Source: a virus
Lineage: Duplodnaviria > Caudoviricetes
Virus record (IMG/VR): IMGVR_UViG_3300021185_002017
DNA length: 64,000 bases
Strand: one strand, 5' to 3'
The translations under genes and the position numbers were made by a program. Shown in pieces: positions 37,647-47,824 of the stretch; the stretch's first letter is position 1, and each line of letters opens with the position of its first letter. The notes beneath the pieces are model-generated. The model made no database searches and was not told the DNA's origin. It worked only from the letters and a program-made list of their open reading frames with translations.

Positions 37647-38528
37647 TTAAAGGGGATATTTTTCTATACTTCTAAAATTATATGGCCAGTCTATGCTATC
37701 TTCTAGGTACTGAGAATCAGTGGTTTCGTCAATTATTTTATCACAAAATATACAAAATTCCTTTACTCTTTTGGATAGGGGAATGCCTATGTTTCTTAGA
37801 AAAGCATAGTATTGTATACTATATGGATGGTAATCAACTTCAGGTCCCGGAAAGTCCCATACTATGTTATTTTGTTTATAATCTAAATAGTTGTATAGAC
37901 TTCTATTGCCTAATTGCTTTTCTTCTACTTCTTTGTAGAACTCTAATACATCTTCGTTGTATGTTTTAGGAGTAGTTGTATCGAATATATCCTGCTCATC
38001 CGGGGCCACAGACAGCATATAAGCGCCTGTGTACGCACTTTGTTCCATAACTGTTGCAACTGTATCAATTATTGCTAAATCACGCAATAAGAAGCCTCTA
38101 TCGCAGTTTGTGTAAGGGCTATCAAGTACTTGGGAACCAACTAAATCACCAGAACTGTTCCAACTCCATGTACTATATCTTATGTCTTTCTTGTCTGTTT
38201 TTTTCTTATCGTCATTGATAATTGCTTCTTGGAGTCTTTCACTATCTTCGTATGTATTATAATATGATAAACGATTAAAGGAACTCCACATTATTAATAC
38301 CATGTCACCCTTACCTATGTTGTACTCTTTTGTGATTTGATTCAACATAGTAAATATATAATCATTGCCACAACCACCTGTGCCAAAATTGTAATATACT
38401 AGATGAGGATGTTCTTTGGCAATAATATCAGCCCATGTAGGCCAAATCCATTTTGTAAAACTACAGCCAATAACAAACAGTCTGTTATGGGCAGTGAAGT
38501 CTAAATTTTTCGAATCCGATATTAGCAT
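37647..38528 (-). CDS. SGNH-like protein (GCSFT family)
   Basis: VIGCSFT..WPTWAD, GCGN, DYHP. Confidence 0.6.
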   Translation of the reverse strand: MLISDSKNLDFTAHNRLFVIGCSFTKWIWPTWADIIAKEHPHLVYYNFGTGGCGNDYIFTMLNQITKEYNIGKGDMVLIMWSSFNRLSYYNTYEDSERLQEAIINDDKKKTDKKDIRYSTWSWNSSGDLVGSQVLDSPYTNCDRGFLLRDLAIIDTVATVMEQSAYTGAYMLSVAPDEQDIFDTTTPKTYNEDVLEFYKEVEEKQLGNRSLYNYLDYKQNNIVWDFPGPEVDYHPYSIQYYAFLRNIGIPLSKRVKEFCIFCDKIIDETTDSQYLEDSIDWPYNFRSIEKYPL

Positions 38529-38547
38529 GTTAAGATATTTAGTGTTG

Positions 38548-39057
38548 TTATACTAAAAATGACTCCCAACTTGGGTGTTTAATTGTGAATCCGAGTTGTT
38601 TTCTTTTAGCAACTAAATCCCAATAGTCTGGGCGATAAGGTGTGTGCAATGGTTTAATGTCCATTCTATTTGATTTAGAACTGTTGCATGGGTTACAAGC
38701 AGTAACAATATTAGTCCAAGAAGTTTTTCCTCCTTTGCTAATAGGAATTACATGATCTAATGTTAGTGTGCTTTGTGAAAAAGGCTTGGCGCAATATTGG
38801 CAAGTGAATAAGTCTCTGAGTTGAACGTTGTATTTTGAAAATCTAGGCTTACGGCCATGCCGGGCCATATTTTTTAGCATGATCACTGCCGGCACTTTAG
38901 TTTCCCAACTTTCACTACGAACTATCCAGTCGTCGTACCATTCAAGTACATTTACTTTGTCTAACCATAGGTATGTGATTGCTTCCTTCCATTGCACTGT
39001 TGAAGGAGGTAGCATTGAAATCGGCTGGCCATCTGCATTTAAAACAAGTGTATCCAT
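38548..39057 (-). CDS. HNH endonuclease (McrA-like)
   Basis: LVLNA, RDLFTCQYC, TLDHVIP, WTNIVTACNPCN. Confidence 0.9.
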   Translation of the reverse strand: MDTLVLNADGQPISMLPPSTVQWKEAITYLWLDKVNVLEWYDDWIVRSESWETKVPAVIMLKNMARHGRKPRFSKYNVQLRDLFTCQYCAKPFSQSTLTLDHVIPISKGGKTSWTNIVTACNPCNSSKSNRMDIKPLHTPYRPDYWDLVAKRKQLGFTIKHPSWESFLV

Positions 39058-39080
39058 TACTAGTATTTATTCCGTGTTGC

Positions 39081-39473
39081 TTACTTTATAAGTTCTGCTA
39101 GATTTAGCAAAACTGCTGTTCCTGTGATAGCACTGCCAATCATAATTGCTTTGTCGTTCCAACAATGACCAACATATATCCATGCTATACTACTAAGTGC
39201 ATAAGCAATTTTTCCCAAGGTCATAAAATCAGCACTTTGCAAGAATACGCCTATAACTGCTAAAATGGTTGCCGCCCATTTAACATAACTATCAACTGTT
39301 CCAGTTGGTGTTGCAGGACTCAAGTCTTCAACTTGAACCTGTAATTCTTCCATCTCTTGTCTAAGACGAGATCGTTCAGCGGCAAGTTCCATAGCAAGTC
39401 GGCCAGTTTTAGTCATAGTACTGCCCTCAAACTTTTCTTTAACTTCCTCTCTTATTTCTTGCGTCTTTTCCAT
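39081..39473 (-). CDS. coiled-coil plus membrane hypothetical protein
   Basis: N-terminal coiled coil, C-terminal hydrophobic helices. Confidence 0.7.
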   Translation of the reverse strand: MEKTQEIREEVKEKFEGSTMTKTGRLAMELAAERSRLRQEMEELQVQVEDLSPATPTGTVDSYVKWAATILAVIGVFLQSADFMTLGKIAYALSSIAWIYVGHCWNDKAIMIGSAITGTAVLLNLAELIK

Positions 39474-39495
39474 ATCACTATTTATTTGCTAAAAT

Positions 39496-39569
39496 TGGCA
39501 ACCCAGCAAGGAATCGAACCTCAATCTACGGTTTTGGAGACCGTCGTAATACCATTATACCACTGAGCT
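39496..39569 (-). tRNA. tRNA-Trp(CCA)
   Basis: ACGGT-CT CCA AA-ACCGT, GCCA. Confidence 0.92.
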
Positions 39570-39575
39570 ATTGTT

Positions 39576-39652
39576 TGGTCGGAGTAGCAGGATTCGAACC
39601 TACGACCCCCTGCTCCCAAAGCAGGTGCTCTACCAAACTGAGCTATACTCCG
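39576..39652 (-). tRNA. tRNA-Pro(TGG)
   Basis: CGGAG start, CCTGC-TT TGG GA-GCAGG, ACCA. Confidence 0.95.
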
Positions 39653-39660
39653 TATTGCAT

Positions 39661-39751
39661 TGGCGGAGAAGATGAGATTCGAACTCATGAAAGGCTACTA
39701 ACCTTTGCTGGTTTTCAAGACCAGTGCATTCAACCACTCTGCCACTTCTCC
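39661..39751 (-). tRNA. tRNA-Ser(TGA)
   Basis: long variable arm, CTGGT-CT TGA AA-ACCAG. Confidence 0.95.
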
Positions 39752-39755
39752 TGTT

Positions 39756-39832
39756 TGGTGGGCCCTGTAGGATTTGAACCTACGACCTGCCGATTATGAG
39801 TCGGATGCTCTAACCAACTGAGCTAAAGGCCC
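39756..39832 (-). tRNA. tRNA(CAT), probably Ile2 (lysidine) rather than Met
   Basis: GGGCCT acceptor and GA-CT CAT AA-TC arm resemble bacterial tRNA-Ile2; no initiator GGG/CCC anticodon stem. Confidence 0.8.
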
Positions 39833-39878
39833 TAATTGTTGGCTCTACTATTTACCCTGGGAGAGCCTTACCAGAAGA

Positions 39879-39966
39879 TGGTACCTGAGGCCGGAATCGA
39901 ACCGGCATGGCCATTACAGCCGAGGGATTTTAAGTCCCTTGTGTCTACCTATTCCACCACTCAGGC
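39879..39966 (-). tRNA. tRNA-Leu(TAA)
   Basis: AGGGA-CT TAA AA-TCCCT, long variable arm. Confidence 0.95.
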
Positions 39967-40181
39967 ATTTGTTCACAAGTCCAGTTCTGTTTGATACGGA
40001 CTATAATTTGATTCATGCTTATCTACATACCCTGTTAAGGCTGCAACAACTGCACTTTCAATTAATATTCTTGCTGTTTCATTGTCCATGTCTAGGACTA
40101 GTCTAGCAGTGCCATCCGGCTGTTCGTCGAGCTCAATCACTTCAATTGTCATTGATGTTATCCTACTTAGTTAGTTTGGCT

Positions 40182-40210
40182 ATTATACAGTTGTATATAC
40201 CATATGTCAA
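40182..40210 (-). promoter_or_regulatory. sigma70-type promoter
   Basis: TTGACA-17 nt-TATAAT. Confidence 0.8.
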
Positions 40211-40674
40211 GCATTCTTTTTCAAATAATCGAAATAATATTGAGCTAATTTGTCTTGCTTTGCATAGGCTTCTTTCTCCCATGGAGCGTCCCAATATTCA
40301 CTTTGATTCTTCTTAGCAACAAACTTTTTACCTTTGAACCTATTGTCACTTAGGTCAAGTTCGTCCTTAACAAATTGTTTTACATGAATCATTTCGTGTG
40401 CAAGAGTTTTAATCATGTCACGAAAACGCTTCTTACGCCAAACAAAAATACTTACTTCCCATGGCTTAGATTTTCTATACTGCTTTGCAAAACACCATCC
40501 TTCGCAGTCACCATCTGTTTTGCTTACAGTACGACCTAACATTACATCAAAACACATCGGTATGTGTGCAATTCCTAACTTAGTAGCCATTATAAGAACG
40601 GCTGACTCAATTTTTAACGCAACATTTTTATCGTAAGGTTGGCCCCCGGATGGTCCGGTAATGATGATTTCCAT
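40207..40674 (-). CDS. HEXXH zinc metallopeptidase-like protein
   Basis: LAHEMIHVKQ..PWEKEA; paralog of 29339. Confidence 0.7.
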   Translation of the reverse strand: MEIIITGPSGGQPYDKNVALKIESAVLIMATKLGIAHIPMCFDVMLGRTVSKTDGDCEGWCFAKQYRKSKPWEVSIFVWRKKRFRDMIKTLAHEMIHVKQFVKDELDLSDNRFKGKKFVAKKNQSEYWDAPWEKEAYAKQDKLAQYYFDYLKKNA

Positions 40675-40679
40675 TGTGT

Positions 40680-41219
40680 TTACCTCTCAGTTATGTTGAA
40701 GTGTTTGTATGTTTGCTGTACACAAACTGCTTGCCAAAAGGCATCAGCATCAGCACTATGTAAGTCCTGTTGTATTGCTTTACGAGGATCGACAGGCATC
40801 ATGTTAAAGATTGTTCTACAATCCATGATCTGCCAAAATGCCCAACCTCTGTGATGTTCAAATTGCTTGAACAAGTTCTCAAGTATAACCATATCAAACT
40901 GAGGACCTTGACACCAAATTTTGTCAACACCAACAAGGAATTTGTTTAACTCAGCCATAAACTGTGCTAAAGGTATTCTACCTTCTTCGCTAAATGCTTC
41001 GTCTTGGATATGTGCTGGTTGCTTTGCCCACCACTCTAATGTGCTATCTAGCACACTGCGATCAGCAGTTGTTTGTGCATCAATCTCAGGCTTCCACAGC
41101 GTCTTAGCATGTGGCTCTGTAGACATAAATGGGTCAAATTTAACAGCACCCACTGATAATACTACACAGTCTGGTTCTGTTCCAAGTGTTTCGATATCTA
41201 TCATTGCGTGTGTTTTCAT
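40680..41219 (-). CDS. DEDD 3'-5' exonuclease/exoribonuclease
   Basis: MIDIETLG, WW, GPQFD, DCRT, HSADAD. Confidence 0.85.
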   Translation of the reverse strand: MKTHAMIDIETLGTEPDCVVLSVGAVKFDPFMSTEPHAKTLWKPEIDAQTTADRSVLDSTLEWWAKQPAHIQDEAFSEEGRIPLAQFMAELNKFLVGVDKIWCQGPQFDMVILENLFKQFEHHRGWAFWQIMDCRTIFNMMPVDPRKAIQQDLHSADADAFWQAVCVQQTYKHFNITER

Positions 41220-41225
41220 GCTGTT

Positions 41226-41254
41226 ATTATAACAGTCTCACACTTAAAAGTCAA
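41226..41254 (-). promoter_or_regulatory. sigma70-type promoter
   Basis: TTGACT-17 nt-TATAAT. Confidence 0.7.
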
Positions 41255-41267
41255 CAAAAATTTTGTC

Positions 41268-41906
41268 TTATTTTTCAGTAACTTGCAAAGCCGTTAATCC
41301 AGCGGCATGCATTATATTAGCACTTGCTGGGTATTTGTCATCCAGTAACTTTGATGTATATGAATTTTCTTCTAGCATATCCCATAGTATAACAGTATCA
41401 TCCTCAAAATCTTGTTTAGTAAGCCATGGCAAATTAGGTATGAATACTAAGTCTGGGTGAGTAAATATTCCGTTTTGTTCTTGTTCAAGCCAACCTATAA
41501 ATCCTAAAGGCCGGTGGTGTGTGCATACTCGAAATGCTTGGCCACATATAAGTACTCTTAAAGTATTAGGTTCATTGTTAAAGTCTAATCCGGTATGTAG
41601 TGCTTCAGGAAATTCTCTAAACACTTCTATAATATTTTCGCATTTTCTAAATTTGAGATCAAAGCCATTATTTTTGCTCTGTATATTATCTACTAACCAT
41701 TTAGATGTATCTGGTATTAGATCTTCAAGATCCCATTTATTATGACTTGCTAGTACAACATTTTTAAAATTATAATTACTTAATTTTTTTACAATGCGGC
41801 TATAGAATTCAGGTGTCCTAGTTTCGAAGTTTACTTGTTCTTGTCCCCATTCACTTTCTAACTCCCAGCAATCTATTAAAATTACGAGGTCAAATGAAAT
41901 GCTCAT
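41268..41906 (-). CDS. isochorismatase/cysteine-hydrolase-like protein
   Basis: LVILIDCW and VLICGQAFRVC patterns. Confidence 0.4.
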   Translation of the reverse strand: MSISFDLVILIDCWELESEWGQEQVNFETRTPEFYSRIVKKLSNYNFKNVVLASHNKWDLEDLIPDTSKWLVDNIQSKNNGFDLKFRKCENIIEVFREFPEALHTGLDFNNEPNTLRVLICGQAFRVCTHHRPLGFIGWLEQEQNGIFTHPDLVFIPNLPWLTKQDFEDDTVILWDMLEENSYTSKLLDDKYPASANIMHAAGLTALQVTEK

Positions 41907-42766
41907 TACAATGTTAGTACAGTATCGTCAGGGAGTTGATCATCATTTACGGAGGCTAGTTGTCCTGCTCCTTTAACACCTTCGGCCCATTTCATTTTTT
42001 CAAATGGGTCTTGCTCACCTGCTTTTACTTTATTCCACCATGTTAGGTCACCTAAGTTTGCCTTTTCCATAAACCAAGCAATCTTATGTGCAGTTGCTAC
42101 ACGGGCATGTTGCATTTGTTCATGTCCAAAGTCTTTAGGGTCAGAAGGATTACCTTCCATGTACTTTCTATTTTTAAAAGTTTCATCATCATTGTTACCT
42201 GTGATGTCTGCTCTGTCGTGAATAAACTCTACATCGATTCTTTCAAAGATATCTAACATGTATGCAATGTGACTAAGCCATGCATCGTTCTGTGCATTTT
42301 GACTTAGGTGCCCAGTAAGTATGTACCAGTCTCTAGGCACGATAGGAAAAATTGCATAAGGATGACCATTGTGATTATCTCTTGGTGCTAGTAACTTAAA
42401 TTGTCCGTCATAAGTTTTGATTACATCGTCCCATCCTTGTGTTTCCATTAACCCATCATCATTCCAAAAGAATAACCATTCACCTAATGCTGCACCTGCT
42501 AATGTGTTTACATAAGTATGCAAGTTTTCGTAACCCAATGGTTGAAAAATATTTGCTCTTGCTTCTACACCTAGTTCTTGTAAGTAAGGTGCAATTTCAT
42601 CTTTGATATAGTCAATGGTTGCAGTATCATCTTCATCTAGTCCTAACATAATTTCAATATCGCTAGGATTAGTTGCTTTAGAAATAAGTGACTCTAAACT
42701 CTTTTTAAGAAGTTGAGGCCTACCTCTTGTTGGTAAAAGTATTGTTATTTTTTTCTCTGGAGTCAT
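41906..42766 (-). CDS. glycosyltransferase family 2-like
   Basis: ILLPTRGRP, GLDEDD, FWNDD, DAWL. Confidence 0.8.
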   Translation of the reverse strand: MTPEKKITILLPTRGRPQLLKKSLESLISKATNPSDIEIMLGLDEDDTATIDYIKDEIAPYLQELGVEARANIFQPLGYENLHTYVNTLAGAALGEWLFFWNDDGLMETQGWDDVIKTYDGQFKLLAPRDNHNGHPYAIFPIVPRDWYILTGHLSQNAQNDAWLSHIAYMLDIFERIDVEFIHDRADITGNNDDETFKNRKYMEGNPSDPKDFGHEQMQHARVATAHKIAWFMEKANLGDLTWWNKVKAGEQDPFEKMKWAEGVKGAGQLASVNDDQLPDDTVLTL

Positions 42767-42774
42767 TTTATTTC

Positions 42775-43716
42775 CTATGTGTTAGTAACAGGCTTATCGT
42801 TTTTTCCAGTAAATAACTTTCTAATGTTACCCCTGAATGTGTAGTGTCCAACATGATTAAGTGCTGTGCGTGGGTCTAACCAAACTTCGCCACCCATGTC
42901 CTGCCAGCGTCTGCAGAAGGTATAATCTTCTGATAAGTATCGTCTGCTTTCTGGGTCAATGATACAATCAAATAATGCATACATAAATGGCTCAAACTTT
43001 TGATCAACATTAATGTCATTTACATATTTTGTTTCAGGGTGTGTGTCAAACATTTTTTGTATTACTTCTTTGTTAATACACATAAAGCCTGTGCCAGCAT
43101 CTTTTAGTTTAACTAAGTTGTCTACGATTTGTACTTGGCCTGTTCTGTTACCTTCCTGATCTTTAACAAAGTCAAAGTTTACAACATAGTTTGAACTATG
43201 CCCTTCAATTGTTTCTGCTGTTTCTGTTTCATCGTGTCTTGCGGCTTCTATGATACTATTCCAATTCAATGCTTTTTTAGGATAAGCACCTACAACAATT
43301 GGTTTGTCATATGCAACCATACGCAAAATATCTTCTGGTTGGAATTCAATATCAGCATCAACAAAAAACAAATGTGTTGCTTCTTTGTTTTCCATGAAGA
43401 AACTTGTTAGTGTGTTACGCCCACGAGTAATTAAACTTTCGTTAGCAAGAGTACTAATTGTATACTTAATGTCGTACTTGTTACACAAGATTGCAAAACG
43501 CATCATACTTCTAAAGTAAGGCTCTCCTATTTGTCCACCGTAACAAGGTGTGGCAATAAAGATATGCTTTTGTCTTAATAGACCTAATGGTATTTCAATT
43601 TTAGCATCAAGAAGTTGATGCATTACATCGTTTTCTTTATTAGTATTATTCGATGCGGCTGCTGTTTTCTTTGCCGGGGTGCCTTTATTTTTAGACTTAC
43701 TTTTTCTGTTTGACAT
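42775..43716 (-). CDS. GT-A fold glycosyltransferase-like protein
   Basis: IATPCYGG, ESLITRGRN, FVDAD, GTGFM, SEDYTFC. Confidence 0.75.
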   Translation of the reverse strand: MSNRKSKSKNKGTPAKKTAAASNNTNKENDVMHQLLDAKIEIPLGLLRQKHIFIATPCYGGQIGEPYFRSMMRFAILCNKYDIKYTISTLANESLITRGRNTLTSFFMENKEATHLFFVDADIEFQPEDILRMVAYDKPIVVGAYPKKALNWNSIIEAARHDETETAETIEGHSSNYVVNFDFVKDQEGNRTGQVQIVDNLVKLKDAGTGFMCINKEVIQKMFDTHPETKYVNDINVDQKFEPFMYALFDCIIDPESRRYLSEDYTFCRRWQDMGGEVWLDPRTALNHVGHYTFRGNIRKLFTGKNDKPVTNT

Positions 43717-43737
43717 TTGTTGTCCTGTAGTGTGTAG

Positions 43738-43813
43738 TGGAGCTGCTGGTCAGAATCGAACTGACTACCTGCTGATTACAAATCAGCTGCTCTACCGAGT
43801 GAGCTACAGCAGC
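43738..43813 (-). tRNA. tRNA-Thr(TGT)
   Basis: GCTGA-TT TGT AA-TCAGC, TCCA. Confidence 0.95.
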
Positions 43814-43860
43814 ATTTAAACTTTATGTTCTGTATATTTACTTTTATTCTTTAGGGGAGG

Positions 43861-43888
43861 ACAAGATAAATGGCTAGATTTATCTTGT
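43861..43888 (-). terminator. 11-bp hairpin at gene end
   Basis: ACAAGATAAAT-6 nt-ATTTATCTTGT. Confidence 0.5.
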
Positions 43889-44052
43889 TATCTGGAAGGT
43901 TTGCTAGAAATGAATTCGTTGAGCTTTTCTGCCTCTGCGACAATTTCTTCTGTGCTAGGCATCTGTTCAGGTTGCTTTGCTTTTGCCTGGAGGATAAGCC
44001 TCGCTTCTTGGAGAAGTTCAAGTCTTATCTCATATGGTGTTTTATTAGACAA
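43888..44052 (-). CDS. conserved small T4-like protein
   Basis: TTG start after AAGGAG; KTPYEIRLELLQEA..EEIVAEAEKLNEF. Confidence 0.7.
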   Translation of the reverse strand: MSNKTPYEIRLELLQEARLILQAKAKQPEQMPSTEEIVAEAEKLNEFISSKPSR

Positions 44053-44140
44053 TGTAGTCTCCTTTTAATTATATGTGCATGTATTTATCTATACGCTAAA
44101 ATTATGATAACGGCACACTTAATCACTATATGAGATTTTG

Positions 44141-44947
44141 CTACTTAGGTTGCTCTCCTTTGTCGTCCATGTTAGCAATAAAATTATAGTAGTGTCCCAT
44201 GCCATGGTCTGCTACGCCGTCGATAAATTTAAACTGCTTGAGTGCTGCCCATCGACCTCTCCAGCCATCCTTGAATCTTTGCCAAGGTGTTGCTTTTCTA
44301 ATATTGCCATATGTGTTAATGTATCTAAGATGACCTTGGTGCTTGTACCAGAGGCCTCCGAGGCTTGGTGGCACACTAGGAACTACATCATTGTTGTTAA
44401 CATATCTAAAGTAAGGAAAGTCAATTGCTTTTAAGAAATCAACATTGCCAACTCTTGGTTGACCAAATGTGTACAACCCACCTTCGGGTTTAATATCCAT
44501 AGCAACTAGTACAGCCATTGCTCCACCTAAACTATGTCCACATACCCAAACACTCTTAGTATTTTTCTTGTCGTGCTTTGCTAATGCTTTTTTAATATCT
44601 GGCATTACTTTTTCATACTCTCCGTAGAAGCCTTGGTGTACTTTACCTGCTACTGGGTGAGGCATTCTGAATGTGTTCAAGTCTGCTTTAACATCATTCA
44701 ATGCTGTTGGTTCAGTTCCTCTACATGCAATCAGTACATCGTCCTTGTCGCTCATAACATAAGCCTGAGCTCCGTCAACATCGATGTATGTTGGTGGTAG
44801 TGGTTTGTTTAAAAACTTTTTAAGTGGTGCTAGATCTGGTATACCATTCTTTGGTTCAAATAATTGTTCCGGTGGTTGATAACATTGATTAGCGAATAAT
44901 GCAAGGACCATCCCTTTGTCCTTCGTAGAAAATTCTGATAATGCCAT
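44141..44947 (-). CDS. class 3 lipase
   Basis: CRGT, HQGF, GHSLGG, FGQPRVG, NDVVP, DH. Confidence 0.9.
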   Translation of the reverse strand: MALSEFSTKDKGMVLALFANQCYQPPEQLFEPKNGIPDLAPLKKFLNKPLPPTYIDVDGAQAYVMSDKDDVLIACRGTEPTALNDVKADLNTFRMPHPVAGKVHQGFYGEYEKVMPDIKKALAKHDKKNTKSVWVCGHSLGGAMAVLVAMDIKPEGGLYTFGQPRVGNVDFLKAIDFPYFRYVNNNDVVPSVPPSLGGLWYKHQGHLRYINTYGNIRKATPWQRFKDGWRGRWAALKQFKFIDGVADHGMGHYYNFIANMDDKGEQPK

Positions 44948-44998
44948 TTGTTACTCCTATGTGTATTATAGCAGTATTTATCTTAATTATGGCTGTTA

Positions 44999-46048
44999 TT
45001 AAAAGTCGAAGTAGTATTCGTATATGTTTTTGCTATTGTTATCTTCTATAGCTGCTCGGTATCGCTCTGATAATTCTTGTGGCAGTTTGCCTGCTTTATA
45101 TCTAACAGTGCCGTCGGTTCCTGGGCTATCACCAAACTCAGCATCATGCGTTGCATCTCGTTGCATATCTCTATATGCTAGTTCCATTGGCGTTCTATAT
45201 TTTAAATCAAATGTGTTATATATACCTGACTGTGAAGCAAGATATTTTTTTAATCTTTCGAAGCCTGTGCTTTTCATTAACGGGTTAATACCACCTGGTA
45301 GTATTTCTTCGTATATTGCATGTTTTAATTTATGTGCATATCCGTTTGTATCACCTACTTCACAATGCATTTGATATTTTTCAACAATGTCTATGCTAAG
45401 TTCTAATGCTTTATATATTATTTGAGGTGTGCAATATAGAAGGTCTTTTATTATATCGAAGTTGTTGTCTCTTGCTACTGCATGATATGCCTGTGTATTT
45501 TTCATTATAAACGAACCACTAAGTCCTGCAATGTCTCCCGGGCCTTCTCCGTGTGGAGAGTCTTTGATCAGCATCGGAACATCACCACCTAGTACTACTG
45601 TGCCGTCAATGTCTTTGAATGCAGTATCTAAATAGTGAAGGTGTACTGCTATCTGTGGACTTGCTGTTGCGTATTTTTTACCGTATTCTAAATGTTTTTT
45701 GTCTTTGAAAAAATCATATAGTTCGATTTGTGTAACATGTAGTTCGATGTTTTCTCTATCGGTAAGCATTTTAGCAGTCATTACATCGTCAGAATTAATA
45801 GGTGCACCTTCCCAAGTAGTAAGGTAGGTATGTGCTGTTATAGGTATACCTAATTGTTGTAAAACTCTTAAAGCAAACTGACTATCGCCGCCACCGCTTA
45901 GGCAAATATGTGCTTTTTCAATATGCGACAGTTGTTCTTTTATTAAATCCAACAAGGAACTGTTGCCTGATGGCTTTTTGATTGTAATACTGAGAAACTT
46001 TTCTTCCTCGTAATACTGTAATGCTGGCGGATTTCCAAATTCTATCAT
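44999..46048 (-). CDS. PP-loop (adenine nucleotide alpha-hydrolase-like) protein
   Basis: ICLSGGGDSQ; C-terminal K.TGFE. Confidence 0.5.
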   Translation of the reverse strand: MIEFGNPPALQYYEEEKFLSITIKKPSGNSSLLDLIKEQLSHIEKAHICLSGGGDSQFALRVLQQLGIPITAHTYLTTWEGAPINSDDVMTAKMLTDRENIELHVTQIELYDFFKDKKHLEYGKKYATASPQIAVHLHYLDTAFKDIDGTVVLGGDVPMLIKDSPHGEGPGDIAGLSGSFIMKNTQAYHAVARDNNFDIIKDLLYCTPQIIYKALELSIDIVEKYQMHCEVGDTNGYAHKLKHAIYEEILPGGINPLMKSTGFERLKKYLASQSGIYNTFDLKYRTPMELAYRDMQRDATHDAEFGDSPGTDGTVRYKAGKLPQELSERYRAAIEDNNSKNIYEYYFDF

Positions 46049-46143
46049 AAATGATCTCTATCTTTGCAAAAGATGATAAATATACTTAATACATACTTAT
46101 GGAGCTAAACCGAATACAAATTCGTTTTTTGGAGCAAAACTAA

Positions 46144-47775
46144 ATGGCAAACTTTATTATATCACTAGACTCGTCAACTTATGCAAACGCAGGGGCGGCA
46201 GAGCTGGCAATTACAAACAGTGGATTAACAATAACTAAAACTTATTCTTTCCCACTTACATACGGAGTTTCAGGAACAACAGGTCAAGTCTCAGGACTTG
46301 CAGGAGTAACTGAATCCTCTGAAAACGGCGAAGCACTTAACGTTGCACTTGAAGCATTTACTGAAGCAAGTGACGAACAAGATACTGAGCATTTATCAAC
46401 TACAGCAATTAACCCTAACTATCAGTATTACTGGCATCCACTAGACGGCACTTATGGTGCAACACAAACTGTCTACTTAATGGATACTGGTTTTGATCCG
46501 TATCACCAAGAGTTTGGCGAAACACCATTAGTAACTGATTTACACAGTTGCCCAGATGCAACTGCTTTCGGTGACACTGACGGTCACGGAACTAAAATGG
46601 CATCACTTATAATTGGTGAGTCAATTGGTAGTGCTAAAGGTACAACTATACAAAATGTTAAGATGTTCGACAATGCTACAGGTACAATTACAGCAGGCGA
46701 TGTTATTGATGCATTAGAAGCAGTATTAATACACCATAGAGCTAACGATGCGTCTAAGCCTAAAGTTGTATTAATGGCTTGGTCTATGACTAAGAACGCA
46801 TTAATTGATGCTAAACTTAACCAGATGTTAGCAGAAAACTTAATGCTAGTTGCAGCAGCAGGTAACGCAGGTTGTGGTGTTGATGTTGATACAATTACAC
46901 CAGGTGGTTTGGACACTATTACAACTGTTGGTTCACACAGCCAAACATTCCATGTATCAACTTTCAGTCAAATGCCATTGATTGATTATGTTGATGACGA
47001 AACAACTCCAGTTCGTAGAGGTCTAGTACAAAGTGCAGCCAAGATTGATATATTCGCAATTGGTGAAGAAGTATGTGTAGTAGACTTAGCAAACACAAGT
47101 AACTATGTACCAGCTCAAGGAACATCAGTATCATCTGCTATGGTAGCAGGTTGTGCTACGCACTTCATGAACTTATATCCAAGTGCATCAGCAGAAACAA
47201 TTAAATCATACATGGTAACACGTGGTAACGAAATGGCTCGTTTACCTAGATCAACTTCTACTGCTGAAAACTTCCAAACTATTCTTAGTTACGATAACTT
47301 AACTTACCCATCAGGTAAGATAGCAGAATATGAAAAAGTAAGTTTATCAATACTTTCACTACCGATGACATCAGATGTAACATTTACACAGATTCCATCA
47401 GGTAGGTTAACAAACATACAACATGGACAAACAGCAACTATCGATATTGGTTTACATGCAGATGTAACTAATGTCGCAGTGTTAGACTTTAGTCCGTTAG
47501 CACCATGGATGGCATTTGATGCCGCAACTGGTATTGTTACAATTACAGCAACAACTGCTGGAGGTTGTGCAGAAAGTTTAGCACCAGGTGTTTATCACTT
47601 TGCTGTTAAAGGCACAATGGGTGACAAAGTTTATGTTGAAGAGTATTCAATTGGTGTGTATGCAACTTCAGAAATAGAGTTAAATACATCAACAGAGTAT
47701 TACTATAACGATGATGATGCAGATTACGAAGAAGTAATTCAGTACTCAGCATCCATTAATAACCAAATCAAATAA
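46144..47775 (+). CDS. S8 subtilisin-like serine protease with C-terminal beta domain
   Basis: YLMDTG, GHGT, AAAGN, GTS catalytic motifs. Confidence 0.9.
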   Translation: MANFIISLDSSTYANAGAAELAITNSGLTITKTYSFPLTYGVSGTTGQVSGLAGVTESSENGEALNVALEAFTEASDEQDTEHLSTTAINPNYQYYWHPLDGTYGATQTVYLMDTGFDPYHQEFGETPLVTDLHSCPDATAFGDTDGHGTKMASLIIGESIGSAKGTTIQNVKMFDNATGTITAGDVIDALEAVLIHHRANDASKPKVVLMAWSMTKNALIDAKLNQMLAENLMLVAAAGNAGCGVDVDTITPGGLDTITTVGSHSQTFHVSTFSQMPLIDYVDDETTPVRRGLVQSAAKIDIFAIGEEVCVVDLANTSNYVPAQGTSVSSAMVAGCATHFMNLYPSASAETIKSYMVTRGNEMARLPRSTSTAENFQTILSYDNLTYPSGKIAEYEKVSLSILSLPMTSDVTFTQIPSGRLTNIQHGQTATIDIGLHADVTNVAVLDFSPLAPWMAFDAATGIVTITATTAGGCAESLAPGVYHFAVKGTMGDKVYVEEYSIGVYATSEIELNTSTEYYYNDDDADYEEVIQYSASINNQIK

Positions 47776-47824
47776 GTTATACTTACTTAAAAGAAGGTAC
47801 TAAATACAATTGGTACCTTTTTTT

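Noticed and set aside
35478-39799. ORFs 35478..35687, 36486..36674, 39357..39566, 39575..39799 (and 15275..15487)
   Set aside because: They overlap tRNA genes; artefacts of GC-rich RNA sequence
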